Below are positions 1 to 13,860 of a DNA stretch of 64,000 nt, piece by piece (the first letter of the stretch is position 1; every line of letters begins with the position of its first letter). The notes below the pieces were generated by a model, which saw only the letters and a list, made by a program, of their open reading frames with translations, was not told the origin of the DNA and searched no databases. This DNA is from Octopus bimaculoides (lineage: Eukaryota). The translations under genes and the position numbers were made by a program. Location of the stretch: assembly GCF_001194135.2 (NCBI RefSeq), contig NC_068994.1, forward strand, positions 40,159,527 to 40,223,526, read 5' to 3'.

Positions 1-73
<73 letters not shown>

Positions 74-187
74 TATACATATCATTAGATATATGAATAA
101 TAATTTTGTCTTTAGATGTTAAATACTGTTCTAGTCCATTAAACAGCACCATACTGGTTTAGAAATCATTAAATGTTAGGAAGCCAG

Positions 188-331
188 AAATTATTATTAT
201 CATTATCAATATTATTACTGTTATCATGATCATTATTATCATTATTATTATTATTATTATTATAATTATCCTCATCATCATCATCATCATTATTACTACT
301 ACTTCTACTACTACTACTTGTAGTAGTAGTG

Positions 332-366
<35 letters not shown>

Positions 367-390
367 TTGATTATGATCATAATCAATGTA
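188..390. repeat. Compound trinucleotide tract (TTA/TCA/TAC/GTA) in the putative 3' UTR
   Basis: Read directly. Similar compound tracts occur at 47440-47650, 54670-54935 and 60285-60480. Confidence 0.95.
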
Positions 391-548
391 AGTAAGAATG
401 AACGAGCCAGAGTTTGTTTTTTCAACCAAGTGGAAACAACATACAAAACAAAAATTTTTCTTTTGAAAAGAAAAAAGGCAGAAACAATCAGCAATAACAA
501 AAAAAAAAAAATGGAAAAAGAAAGGATAGCAACTAACTAGAATACTTT

Positions 549-826
549 CTAAGAGTCTTCATTTGACGGCAATGCTGGTAGCGGTTTTGAAAAATTAAAA
601 CTGTTTCTTGTTGGTAGTTCCCAATGCTGTTGAAGAACATTACAGTTGTTACTGTCTAATGGAATAGAGTTTTGATTAGATACACCACTGTAGCTTACAT
701 TTTGACCAATGGCTACCGGACAGGCATATCTGGCATTCATGCCTCCTTCCTTGGGCCTGTTCACCATATGAGGCAAAGATTTGCTGTCCACTTTCACTAC
801 CCGTTCCTTTTGGTAAGCTTTATAAT
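549..826 (-). CDS. Probable terminal coding exon of a protocadherin cytoplasmic tail
   Basis: Non-repetitive open frame (D)YKAYQKERVVKVDSKSLPHM...HWELPTRNSFNFSKPLPALPSNEDS*, preceded by a good acceptor, TTGCATTTATTTCTGCTTTCAG|ATT (phase 1). It is on the same strand as and downstream of the Pcdh exon. The W-x-LP-x-RNSF...KPLPA ending resembles cephalopod Pcdh tails as I recall them (not verified). Confidence 0.6.
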
Positions 827-1282
827 CTGAAAGCAGAAATAAATGCAACATGATTGAACTGAATGAGAATAAAATGATTTTCTTTGTTTCTAAATGGAAT
901 ATGCATATATTACATACATAGTGTTAATTTAACATCTGCCTTATTATGCTTGCCGAAGGGCAATTTGTTGAGGGACATTTTCTGTGACCAAATGTCCTTT
1001 CAGTCACCAAATTTTCACCTGTTTCTAAGCAAGGTTATAATTACCTCATGGCTGGACACATTTTCATGGAAACCTGGTGACGAAAGGACATCACTTGCAT
1101 GATGGTGACATTCATTTATAACTACTGTGTGATGTGAAGACTAAGAGACACATACACCACACACAAATACAGAAGTGTAACAATATGTGTGTGTGTGTGT
1201 ATATATACCGGAGTAAGCACATAAATGTGAAACAAGGTGGAAAAAAAGAGTACTCAAATACCAGAGGTAGAGTAATATGCAT

Positions 1283-1400
1283 TATTTAAAAGCAGCAGAA
1301 ACATAACAAAAGCTGTTACTCAGAGTTTCAAGTTCCTGTTTGTTTCAATTCAGAATACTCTGAGTAAGAGCTTTTGTTATATTTCTGCTGCTTTTAAATA
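1283..1400. repeat. 44-bp inverted repeat, 30-bp spacer, 2 mismatches
   Basis: TATTTAAAAGCAGCAGAAACATAACAAAAGCTGTTACTCAGAGT (1283-1326) versus its reverse complement at 1357-1400. Confidence 0.9.
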
Positions 1401-1402
1401 AA

Positions 1403-1443
<41 letters not shown>

Positions 1444-1990
1444 CACAGTTATATACATGTATGTATTTGATGAATGGAGATCCATTAGGGATCTAGATAT
1501 ATCAAAGTGAAGCACCCCACAATTGATGGCCAGACAGAATCAATGACACAAATCAAACAGTTAAGTAATCCATTACCATAGCACTAAAGGCATTGATGAA
1601 GCAAAGTTCATTGTTGCTTTGTAATCTGCAACTCCAGTAGAATCAAAAGATGAATGGAACCTTAAGTGTTGGTGTAAAAACAGATGAATGGATTATCTAG
1701 TACTATTGTTTTATTAAGAGTTTTTATTGTGGTGTGATCATAGGGCATTCAGGTAGGTAGCATGCACAATGCACATAAGAATCTGTCATTTGTTACTCAA
1801 CTCTTGTATATTTGGTAAACCTGGTGAGTCGAGAGTTGAATAATGTATTACATATTCTTACCGATGTTGCACATACTACATATCTGACTGTACCATGCTT
1901 ATGTCACAGTGTAGATTGTAAATGAAACAATTGTACCAGTACCAGATAACTAAATTGTATATTTTTATCATACATATAAGCACACACACA

Positions 1991-2033
<43 letters not shown>

Positions 2034-2487
2034 TTTATTAAAGCTGAAAAAAATATTCACACACTGTTATTCAGTTTCATATGATCGTTCATAAAACAAC
2101 TGTGATAGTAATGTAATAAATACTGTATTACTCTACCTTTGGTATTTGAGTACTATTTTTTCCACCTTGTTTTGCATCAATGTGCTTACTTGTATACGTA
2201 TACGAGCATACATACAAACATGCATGCATACATACATATATAGTATGTTACATAAAGTACGATGTATATCTATTCCACATGTTACTTTTTCTATGTATTT
2301 GAAATTTTACTCTCACACTCAAAAGTAGCTTCCATGCACACATACACAGTCTCTCTCTCACTCACTCCCTCTCTCTTTCTCTCCCTCTCTCTGCACACAC
2401 ACATACACACACACTGACTGATGTGCATCCTATGCACATGTGTTGTCATATGTGTTTGTAAACATGAATTGCTAATAATTTGTTTTG

Positions 2488-2523
<36 letters not shown>

Positions 2524-2769
2524 AATAATATCTTCCCTTCTTCCTAGCTCTCCTGTCTGACCACCTCTGTCTGGCCATCACCATGATTGACTGCTAGCTA
2601 CTAAAACGTTCTCTTTTTTATTCTTGTGCTGCTATCTGTTGAAGAGTGTAGGCTCGAAACGTAAAAGACTTTCTCACCTTCCCGAACGTTACTAATACAC
2701 CTGTTTGTTGTTTACACACCTGTCTCCGTCTTTTGTTTTTTTTTTGTAAATTCCAACCATATCTATCTA

Positions 2770-2801
<32 letters not shown>

Positions 2802-2902
2802 AAAATAATGTAAATAATATATATATGTATATATATATACACATATAAATATAACATAAATAATATATATATATATATATATACACATATAAATATAACA
2901 TA

Positions 2903-2961
<59 letters not shown>

Positions 2962-2972
2962 AATATAACATA

Positions 2973-3018
<46 letters not shown>

Positions 3019-6000
3019 ACATGCATATATAGGTACAGGATGTCACCAACTGTGTAAACAATATCAAATACAAAAACAAATGAGTTAAATATGCAAACAA
3101 CGAGGGAAAGAAAATGGAAAACAGGACAACTAAACACAGAGAACGACCCTTCACCAGTTGCCAGCTGTCTATCTATTCTTAATTTGAAGCATTCAATGAC
3201 AATATGAGTCTTCAAAGACAGTTGCTCCCATACATTCTAAAATAAAATTTAGGACTTATGGAGGGTCAAAGTTAGAAACAAAAGCAGGCCAGTGAGACAT
3301 ACAAGGAATCCAAATGAAAAAAAACATGGTGGGTCATTAGATAAGAACGAGAGGAAAATAGTGAATGCTGGGAGAAATATATTCTTTGAAAAGAGAGAGA
3401 AAGAAAACGTCCAGTCCTTAGAATATCGGTGCAGGAAAAGAAAGATGGTCATGTGAGGAAAAGAAAGATGGATGATGGTCACGTGTGAGCAACGAGAGAG
3501 AGAAGAAGAGAAAAAGGAGGAGAGAGAGAGATAGAGAATGGTGAAAGAGGGAGGAGGAGAAAAAGAGAATTAGAAGACAGAGGAAAAAAACAGCATAGAG
3601 TATATATATATATATATATATATAACTCAAACTTGCATAAACATGGGCTTAAAATAACCATGATGACAATAACAAGGATGAGGATTTGTTTACAACACAC
3701 GTGCACCTCTAACAAATTTTGATTCTGTTACAAGTATTTGGATCTGATCTGAAAATAATTCCCTTCCACCAGCCTCAGAAGCCCTCAAAAATTATCATGA
3801 GCACAGCCCAAATTCTTTGGACTAACACTAAATAAGATAAAAGAAAATTTAATCAAACTATAACTGTTATCCTTTTCCTTCACTTGTTGTTCTTGTGACT
3901 TTCTTTACAATTTACCCTACTTCTAATTTAGAGTCAACTAAAGAGAGAGACACACTTCTTCATGTTTTATGTAGTGTACTAAATAAATAATTTCTAATAG
4001 TCTTTTTTCTCAGGCTTAAGCAAATGAAGATTTATTTAATCTGTTGCATCTTTACACACACACACACACACATCAATGCATACACCAACAAATATGCACA
4101 AGTAAAAACAGATAGACAACTGCATGGAGATTTAGTTGGTTTGTCTTCTTCATATGCACATACATGCAAGCATTTGTGTGTTTTTCACCAAATACTAACT
4201 ATTTATCAAGAAATAATTTTATGCACTACACAGATGTAAGAGAACAAATAAAAAAAACCTACATATAAATTCTGTTATTAGTATTGATAATTTTTACTGA
4301 TTTGAGAGATATGTATTTTCTGGAAAGCAGGTTCTAATTCTATGAATCAGAGTATGAACTGTAATGTCTTTTAAAGTTTTGTTTGAATTTTTCCAGCTAT
4401 TTCAAAGATTATTTCATACGATTTATCAAATCTTTTCACAAGATAACCAATCACAATAATTGAGAATCTCATAAAGCCAAAAGTAAAATTCTGCCCTTTA
4501 TGGTACATATTTTGGGCTGATAACTCCAAGCTGCTATAAAAATTACCTTTGAAGTTCATCTTGTTGCCCTCTTTTACTTCATTTTCAGGTAAGAGTTTTT
4601 TTATTTTATTATTCTACTGGCTTTTGAAAACATCTACTCATAATATCAACCAGGAATGTAAACACCATATCCCTCTTTTGCCCAGGCAGTCACAAGCTAA
4701 GCATGAAATGTCAATATTCATACACACTCACACATACATGTACACATGTCTGTGTGAATTTTAATAACTGATGCTTACTGCAGTTATTTAATCACAGATG
4801 AAAGCTCCGAATAAACGAACATATCATCAGAGGCATTCTAGGTGTGATCGTTCAAGTTTTATTTTGGATAGTGTACCCAGAATTTTGTTTATCAAACATC
4901 TTCTAAATATTTTTTAAGACATGTGCAAATCAAGAATGATTTGGTATGTATTTCAGGCAGATCAACCTACAATAAAGACATTCTCTTACTGATGGTTTAG
5001 ATATTGAACATAAGAAATGATGACAGAATATTCTGTTTTAGGCGTAACTAAACCAAGTTACCATTACCATATTGTAAGTTTAATATCAAATTATTTCAAA
5101 GATTTTATCTATTATGTTACAACAGAAGCAGTATTAGGTTAGCGATCTGTGTATCATACTTAATGCAAATACATCATGGAAAGCCAAATTGACTGCAGTA
5201 TTTTTCCAGAGATAATATCTGTTATGTATGTTCTTTGTTAAATTGCACAATATATATCAAAAGCAGATGAAAATTGTCTAGAAGTGGAGGTGAAGATGCT
5301 AGATGCACATTTCTTCCTCTTTGAGCTTTGTCAGCAGCATGTATTCAGTAGCAAATACACACTAAGGTTTTATAAGTATGACTAATATGCAAACATATAT
5401 TATATCTTAAGCTCTTAACATGACTTTGACTGCAACATGGAACTGCTAATAAATTAAACAATTTCTCTGCATGCAAAATAGTTTCTAATAAAGTATTTAA
5501 GGACACAATTTATGAGGTGTATCAAATATCTTAAAACACACTTGGCAATTGATAAGTTTAACATCATTTCTTGTTTAATTGCACCAATTAATGTACAAAT
5601 TTATGTAGAAAATATTTTTTAATTAATCTACAAATTCACCACTATATACATTTTATCCTTTGGGTCTGTAGTTTTTGTTTTTTTCCATGCAAGCATTGGT
5701 TGGATGGGAACATATTTGAGGCAGAATCTTGCAGTCAAATATTCATTCTGTCACCAACTTTTACTTGATTTTCAAGAAAAAGGTTTTTTTTACTTTTACA
5801 TTCCTCTGAATTTCAAAGGCATCTGGTTGTAATATTGGTTTCAAACTTTCGCACAAGGCAGGCAAGTTTGGGAGCGAAGCTAAGTCAATTAATTCAACTC
5901 CAGTGTTCAAGTGGCACTTATTTTATCGACCCTGAAAAGAGGAAAGGCAAAGTTGACCTCAATGGAATTTGAACTCAGAATGTGAAGGTGGATGAAATGC

Positions 6001-7128
6001 CACTAAGTATTTTGCCTGGTACACTAACAATTCTGCCACCTTACAACTGGTTATAATATCAGTGGGTAATGTAAGCGTCATGTCACTGTTTTGCTCAGAC
6101 AAGCTAAGCCATGGCTTAGCTTGTCAATAGTCATACACACACACACACACACACACAAATATACTGGTTTCTATATGTTTTTTGTCTACGAAATTCACTC
6201 AAGAACATTGGAGACTCAAGGTACTATAATAGAAGATGCTTTGATCAAGGTACCACACAGTGAGACTGACCCTAAATATACATGGTCACAAAGTGAACTT
6301 CTTAACTGCACAACCATAAACTAGTATATAATGTTAGTAAAAACTGCAATTTAGTAGTTTGAAGAATTGTTTTAACTGTTTAAAATTATGGAATTCAACA
6401 CGAACCGGTTAAGCACAACTGGCTAAATTTGTCTATAAGAAAATGCTTTATATAAGGTTTTATAAGTAGTACTATAAGTATCAATAATCATTTTAGAAAA
6501 ATTGGCTCATTGATTGAACATCTGTTCGGTAATCCCAGAGTGGACCAAGTAAGTCTCAATGTCTTTCCCTAATCAATTCATCTTCTATAAATCAGTGTAA
6601 CCAATCTATAACAGACTACCAACTGACTATCAAGGAGATTGTTTTGTTGCCGTTCTTGTTATAGTTGCTGTTGTTATTTTTTGTTATTATTGTTGTTGAT
6701 GATAGTGTTGTTGTTTTGTTTTGTTGTTGTTGTTTTCTTCAAATTATCCATCATTTGCTGCTACTACTGCTGCTGCTGCTGATACTTAGGAAAGGAAAGA
6801 TTTATTACACGATAAAATGAAAACAATTTACAGTTACTATTTTGTTCACAAGGAAACTGTGGTGAATATAGACAACAGAAAAAGAAATGTTCAAAGTGAT
6901 AAGATTCAAAAAAAAAAAAAAAGAAAAAAAAATGACAAGAAAGAATGCTATACAAGATGAGAAGAAACCAATATGCAGAGTTTTGAAAAAGATGACTACC
7001 AGAAATTAGAAGGATAAAACCTCTTGAGGAAGATTATCAATGTCTTAATGAAGTTCAATTTATACTTATAACACAGCCAAAATAAGTATTCCTTGAGCAA
7101 AGAGAAAGCGGGGAGGGAGAGAGGGAGA

Positions 7129-7159
<31 letters not shown>

Positions 7160-8517
7160 GGGGAGAGAAAGACAAACATGATAATAAGCAGCAAAGAGAA
7201 CTATGGCAGGTTTAATGAGTTAAATAATTATGAGAGACAACTAATTTTAAATATCTGATATGGCACAAAAACGATAATAACATATACAGAAAATAGATAT
7301 CAGGAATAACTCAAATGTAAGTCATGTAAGAGAAAGACAAAGAAAACAAGAAAGAAATCAACAAAGATGTGAATGACCAGTAAAGCATTTCATATATATA
7401 CTGATTATTTTTCTATATATTTCTTCCTTTTCGTTTACTCTTATTTCATTGATATCTACAGGGATAGAAGTCTAGTCCCAAGAGGATTGAATTTTATGAT
7501 CAAGTTCGAGTTACTGATCTCTAATTTCAATTTTATGTAAATCCTGAATATGGGAAGACAAAAAGAAAATGAGCCATCAACCACAGGTTATTCTAGAAGA
7601 TATCAGTCAAATGAAAGAAGCAATGGAGCAACGTGCAGAAACATACTAAAATGTAAAGTGACATTGAATGTTGAAATATACTACCATTTAACGTCCATTT
7701 TTCCATGCTGACATGGGTCAGGCAGAATTTGTTGAGGCAGATTTTCTACGATTGACGCAGATGCCTTTCTTATAACCAACCCTCAATTGTCTCTAGACTT
7801 GGTCATTTTTCTCGATAGATGAAGTTCATTTCCAATCTTCCATGGAAGATTGGAAATGAACTCCATCAATTCTATGATGGTGATTCTCATCTACAGCCAG
7901 CACATGATCTCAAGACAATGATACATACAAGTACACAAGCACACACACACACACACCATATATNNNNNNNNNNNNNNNNNNNNNNNNNNNNNNNNNNNNN
8001 NNNNNNNNNNNNNNNNNNNNNNNNNNNNNNNNNNNNNNNNNNNNNNNNNNNNNNNNNNNNNNNNNNNNNNNNNNNNNNNNNNNNNNNNNNNNNNNNNNNN
8101 NNNNNNNNNNNNNNNNNNNNNNNNNNNNNNNNNNNNNNNNNNNNNNNNNNNNNNNNNNNNNNNNNNNNNNNNNNNNNNNNNNNNNNNNNNNNNNNNNNNN
8201 NNNNNNNNNNNNNNNNNNNNNNNNNNNNNNNNNNNNNNNNNNNNNNNNNNNNNNNNNNNNNNNNNNNNNNNNNNNNNNNNNNNNNNNNNNNNNNNNNNNN
8301 NNNNNNNNNNNNNNNNNNNNNNNNNNNNNNNNNNNNNNNNNNNNNNNNNNNNNNNNNNNNNNNNNNNNNNNNNNNNNNNNNNNNNNNNNNNNNNNNNNNN
8401 NNNNNNNNNNNNNNNNNNNNNNNNNNNNNNNNNNNNNNNNNNNNNNNNNNNNNNNNNNNNNNNNNNNNNNNNNNNNNNNNNNNNNNNNNNNNNNNNNNNN
8501 NNNNNNNNNNNNNNNNN

Positions 8518-8556
<39 letters not shown>

Positions 8557-8558
<2 letters not shown>

Positions 8559-8940
8559 GAGAGGGTCAGTTGTACTTCAGACTTTCATGGTTAGAAGCCA
8601 CTTGATGCAACCCTGAGGCATCAGTTTGCTGACTCGTGTCACCTAGTGGGGTGGTACATCATTGTTTTGCAGTACCTTCTCCCCTGTTCATCAATTTTTA
8701 TGATGGCTGAAATAAAGGAACAACATACTTTTGTGAAATTCTGTTTTCTGCTAGGGAAAACGGCAGCTGAAACAGTTGTTTCAGAAGAGTTCCAGAACTA
8801 CTTTGAACAGTGTAAAATGCTTCTGGACTAATGCATTGCTTCGAATGGAGAATAATACTTTGAATGCAATAAAAGTGTAAACATGTAAAAGTGAATAAAA
8901 TGATATTGCAAAATTCCAGTTTCTTTTGGGTACCTCCTTA
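8557..8940 (+). mobile_element. Internally deleted mariner-like element
   Basis: EQHTFVKFCFLLGKTAAET (mariner N-terminus) is fused to FQNYFEQCK...IASNGE..FE (C-terminus). The right TIR TTCTTTTGGGTACCTCCT is followed by TA. Confidence 0.75.
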
Positions 8941-9410
8941 TATACACACACATACGATTGGCCTCAGCACATTTTCTGTCAACTAAATCCCACTTACAAC
9001 ACAGGCCAATCTAAGATTATAGTAGAAAACACTTGCCTAGCTTTTCATCAGCCATACTCGGATTCTAACTAACTTGCAATGTTTGTTCCTGTTTTAGTGT
9101 CTGTCATTAATTATCATTATTTATATGTATAACAATAAATCATAGACAGAAGTGGTAGAACACTTACTTTCAAAAATATACTATTTGATCTTCAAACTCA
9201 CCTTATATGCTTTTATGTCCATAGACATTCTTGCATGTAAATATGACTTAGCAGTATGTACCATGCTTTTGCATGGTACATGAAGATAAAGGGGGAAAAG
9301 GAGACAGAGTGACTGTATCACCACTTGCTTTATAGTAATATCAGCTGAGTAAACTGAAGCAATGTGTAATAAAATGCCTGGCTCAAAGGCACCAAATGCT
9401 GCCTGGTTAA

Positions 9411-9745
9411 GGCACATAGCTCAGTGGTTAGAGCGTTGGGCTCACAATCACAAGGTAGTGAGTTTGATTCTCAGACCAGGCCATGTGTTGTGTTCTTGAG
9501 CAAGACACTTTATCTTCACATTGCTCCAGTTCACTCAGCTGTAGAAATGAATTGTGACATCACTGGTGCCAAACTGTATTTGTCTTTGCTTTTCCCTTGG
9601 ATATCATTACGGGCTTGGAGATGGGAGGCTGGTATGCATAGATAACTGCTGGTCTTTCGTAAACAAATTTGCCTGGACTTATACCTTGGAGGGGCACTTG
9701 CTAGGTGCAATCCCATGGTCATTCATAACCAAAGGGGGTCTTTAC
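9411..9745 (+). mobile_element. tRNA-derived SINE (second family)
   Basis: A-box TAGCTCAGTGGTTAGAGCG, B-box-like GAGTTTGATTC, and body CTTGAGCAAGACACTTTAT...CCAGTTCACTCAGCTGTAGAAATG. Confidence 0.85.
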
Positions 9746-11263
9746 AAGGATCTGAACCAACAACTTTAAGATTGAGTCTGACACTTTAACCACTTAACCA
9801 TGCACCTTCATATGTGTAAGACTAATAAAATAGCCATGTGATGGGCAAGAGAGAGAAAGTGTGAACATAGATTCAGACGTACTAAGTGTGTAATAGAGAT
9901 TTAGAACATTAACATAGTACTGGAGCCATAAGCACAGCTGTGTGGTTGAAGAGTTCACTTACTACTATGTAATACTAGGTTCCTTTCCACTGTACAGTAT
10001 TCCGGGCAGATGTCTACTATCATGCTCTTGGTTTGACCTATGCCTTGGCAAATGGAAATGGTGCAGAAGCCTGCCATATGTGAGTGTGCATGTGTTGTAT
10101 GTGGGTATAATGGCATGAACACCCAGTGGTGTTTATAGCTCACAGGGAATGTAACTCAGTAAGTGATCTTTGCCAATAAATAAATGAAGGACAATTAAAT
10201 AAGAGTCAGACAAATTATTAGCATTGATGTAAATGACTAAAATTTCTAAAAGGTAATGCTCCACAATGGCCAGAGTCCAGGGACCGAAACAAGTAAAAGA
10301 ATGATAATCCATATACTATTATCATTGGTCCTTGTTTGAAACTAAATAAATTGTATATGATGAATTATACAAGACTCAACTACCATACATTTGTTGTCTT
10401 TTGCTTTTCAAATGCTAACAAAATGTGTAGATAAATTCTCATAGCAAGCAAGCCAATGCTTTTCACACTGCAAAAAGCAACACACAAAGTCTAAATTTTT
10501 CCTTTCCTTCAGGGCTAGGAAAATACTAGCATGCTCCTTAATACAGATAATACAACGTGTGCTTGTGTGTGCTTGTGTGTGTGCACGTGTGTGTGTGTGT
10601 GTGTGTACATATATTTGAAGAGGGAATATTGAGAGAATATATATGAGAGAAGAAAAAAAAAGAAGTAGAAGAAGAAGTAGAAGAAGAAGAGAAATGAATA
10701 ACTAGATTGCTAGATATTAAGGTAGATAGGTTTCTTTATTAGCCACACAGGGCTCAACACAGAGGGGACAAAATACAAATGTAGAGTTTTTAGATAGATA
10801 GATAGATAGATAGATAGATGGATAGATAGATGGATAGATAGATAGATAGATGGATGGATGGATGGATAGATAGATAGCTAGATACATACATACATACATA
10901 CATACATACATACATACATACATACATGCATAGAGAGAATGAGAGAAGAGGTAAAGAGAAACAAGCAAAGGGAAGGACACAGTGGAAAATTTGATGATCT
11001 CCTCCAACCATAAGAAAAATATAAGAGAAAATAAAATACAGATCAAGTAATAAGGAACTGACATGTAGAAAAGAATGCGGATAAATAAACTAAGATGTCA
11101 GGCTCGTAAAAATGTCAAATATTAGATGCAAAAGAGAAGATTAAATTTATAATGGAATGACCATTGAATAGGAGTTTGGTAAAAATCTTTCTCGCAGAAA
11201 GTAGTGTATGTGTGTGCACGTGTGCATGCATATGCATGAGTGTGTGTGTATGTATAAATATGA

Positions 11264-11298
<35 letters not shown>

Positions 11299-11759
11299 TA
11301 CATACATACACACACACACAAGTAAGTGAACAAGCAAAAGATAGTAGCACTCAGCACATTTGGTAGAGGTTACATATATTTTTAATAACAGTTTGACTCG
11401 GCTCTGCATAACTTTCAGCTTTGTGGCCATGTAGGTCACATCCATTTCATCAGATACTAGGGAACAGAGTGGAAGTTTCGAGAGGAATTCAAGATGCACT
11501 TGTCCAATGTCTCCACCAAACTTTAATTCATGAGGAGCAGAGTCAAACAGTCATATCATACCATGAGATACCTTCTGACAGTCCATTGATATTAAATAAA
11601 GAGTTAAATACCTATGGCATGCAAATTAGACACTCCAGTTTGATGAAGCAATTGAATCTGTTGCATATATAAGCAGATTGGCCCCTTGCTTCTCTGGGAT
11701 TGGTTAAGTATTGTAGACACCTTGGATAAGAACCCCAAAAGCATTAAAAAATAATCAAC

Positions 11760-11984
11760 TAACTCTTTAGCATTCAGATTACTCTTTGAAATGTAATTCT
11801 TATTTCTTCACGCTGTTTTCAATTAATCATGCCCCACCTCATACTTTTGAGATTTCAAAGATGTCACTCATTATTTTTAGAATGACATTGTATGGTAGGT
11901 GTGAGAGGCCAGATCTGGCCAGTTTGGACATAAAATAAATAGAATATTTGGGCTGGATATGGCCAGATTAAAAGCTGAAGGGTT
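11760..11984. mobile_element. Degenerate piggyBac-type MITE (TTAACCCTTTAGCATT family)
   Basis: TAACTCTTTAGCATTCAG...AAAGCTGAAGGGTT. A related left end is at 63500 (TTAACCCTTTAGCATTCAG). Confidence 0.55.
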
Positions 11985-13021
11985 CAGGCTGTTGTTTGTC
12001 ATTTTCTATCTTATGAGAAATAGCTAAATTTGCCTGTTTATATATCTACTGCATAGGTTTTACACACACACACACACATATATAATATACATACACACAC
12101 ATATATAAAACATCTCATGATAAAGCACAAAATAAAAAAGATATTTACTGCAGTAAAATCAACATCTTCATTGTCATTATAGTTATTTTTGAGTATTAAG
12201 TTTATGTCCCTACTCAATAAGGACAAAAATTATTTTGATTTTAGAGTCTTTTGCATATGTTTGTGTGGTGGGAAATAATATTAGTCAGAAGAGGTTATTC
12301 ACTATATTGGTGGTCTAGATGAGATTCTTGAACTTAGAACATACAAAACTGGGACAGATATCTCTAGGCAACCAATGCAATGTTGTAACAATTCCACCAA
12401 GCTAACACCCTGGAATGGTACTCATTTATTGACCTTGAAAGACTGAAAGATAATGTTGGCTTCAATGGGTTTTGAACTGAAACAGCAGATAACCATATCA
12501 AATATCCACTAGGCATGTCTTGATGCTGAACAGATGTGTGGTCAACAAACTATTAATGGCCAGTATCATTCAGTTCACTATGCTAACTACTGCTATCATC
12601 TTTAGTTCTGGCATGTGCAGATCAGACATTTGGCTATCGAAAGACCAACATGACTTATTGGTCTGGACAAATTATCCTACATGGTGCAGGAGTAAGGTTG
12701 GGCTCATAATATTTAGAATACCGAGAATTGTGACCTCATATAAATGAAGACACTATGAAAACTATTCTAAAGAACAATTAATAATAGAAGAGAAAAGAAT
12801 GAGCCAAATATTATAAGAAGTTACTTATTTTATTAAACTGTAGCCATTACTAGGGTACCATCTTCAAGAATTTAGTCAAACAAAATGACCATACTTAGTT
12901 TATCAAATCCTTTGCCTAACTGCTAGGTTCTAGGGGGCACAAACAAACCAACACTGGTCATCAATTGGTGGACAGAGGAGTAACACAAACACACACATAA
13001 ATACATACATATATCTGTGTG

Positions 13022-13066
<45 letters not shown>

Positions 13067-13781
13067 GTATGTATATATAACTATACACACACACAACAGG
13101 CTTCCACACAGTTTCTATCAACAAAATTCATTTACAAGGTGCTCTTCTGTGCTCTTCTGTAATAGCCTGTAGCTATAGTAGAAGGCCCTCACTCAAAGTA
13201 CCATACACAGGGACTGACCTGAAACCAAATGATAGCAAAGCAACCCTCTTAACTACACAGTCTGCCTTTCTTGTAACATGTTTATATCATTTTATGAAAC
13301 TCATAAAATCAATTGAAAATTCATTTTTCCAGCTAAATAAGAACAAATAAATAATTATTTAAAAATCATAACAACCATTACACTAAAACAAAATTTCTTG
13401 TAGAACACAGAAAATGCAACTTCCACTCGATGGCATATATCTTAATTATTTCAACAAGTATGGGAGATAAATCCAGACATGTTTTGTTTATGTTAGAGCT
13501 CTTTAGTGAAGCACCAAATTTATTATACTTGATAAGAAACACCAAAATTAAATCACAGAAGTTAATTACTCAGTGCACCCATCTGCATAAAAAATAATGG
13601 TTAAGTATCAATCAACAATGTATATTCTTTTAAAAATTTAGGCCAACGAAGAAGGAAAAGGGAATGGATAAGAGATGGTGAGTGATGAAGATGATTATAA
13701 GACAAACTAAAATTCTGAAATGGAAAATGAAAACAAAATTTTTATTTTATGTGTGTGTGTGTAAGTGTGTTTTTGTGTGTG

Positions 13782-13860
<79 letters not shown>

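Noticed and set aside
159-540. ORFs with poly-I/T/S/N runs (also 47420-47737, 54554-54899, 60112-60480)
   Set aside because: They are translations of trinucleotide microsatellites, with no splice or domain support.
1862-1880. 19-nt phase 0-to-1 micro-exon ending at G|GTAAGA
   Set aside because: The phase fits, but the acceptor has no pyrimidine tract; such matches are expected by chance.
3140-3175. CTGGTGA plus short hairpin on the minus strand as another hammerhead (also CTGATGA near 4830 and 25615)
   Set aside because: No correctly placed GAAA or stem I partner was found.
2618-3215. The many [12 protein letters not shown] ORFs across the window
   Set aside because: They are translations of (TA)n and (CA)n tracts.
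9411-9480. tRNA-like sequences with A and B boxes (also 18755, 34741, 55135, 58087)
   Set aside because: They are SINE heads that continue into repeat bodies; no complete cloverleaf was found.
11122-11499. ORF HLEFLSKLPLCSLVSDEMDV... as the missing Pcdh exon
   Set aside because: There is an in-frame stop just upstream, no good acceptor or donor, and it runs into microsatellite.
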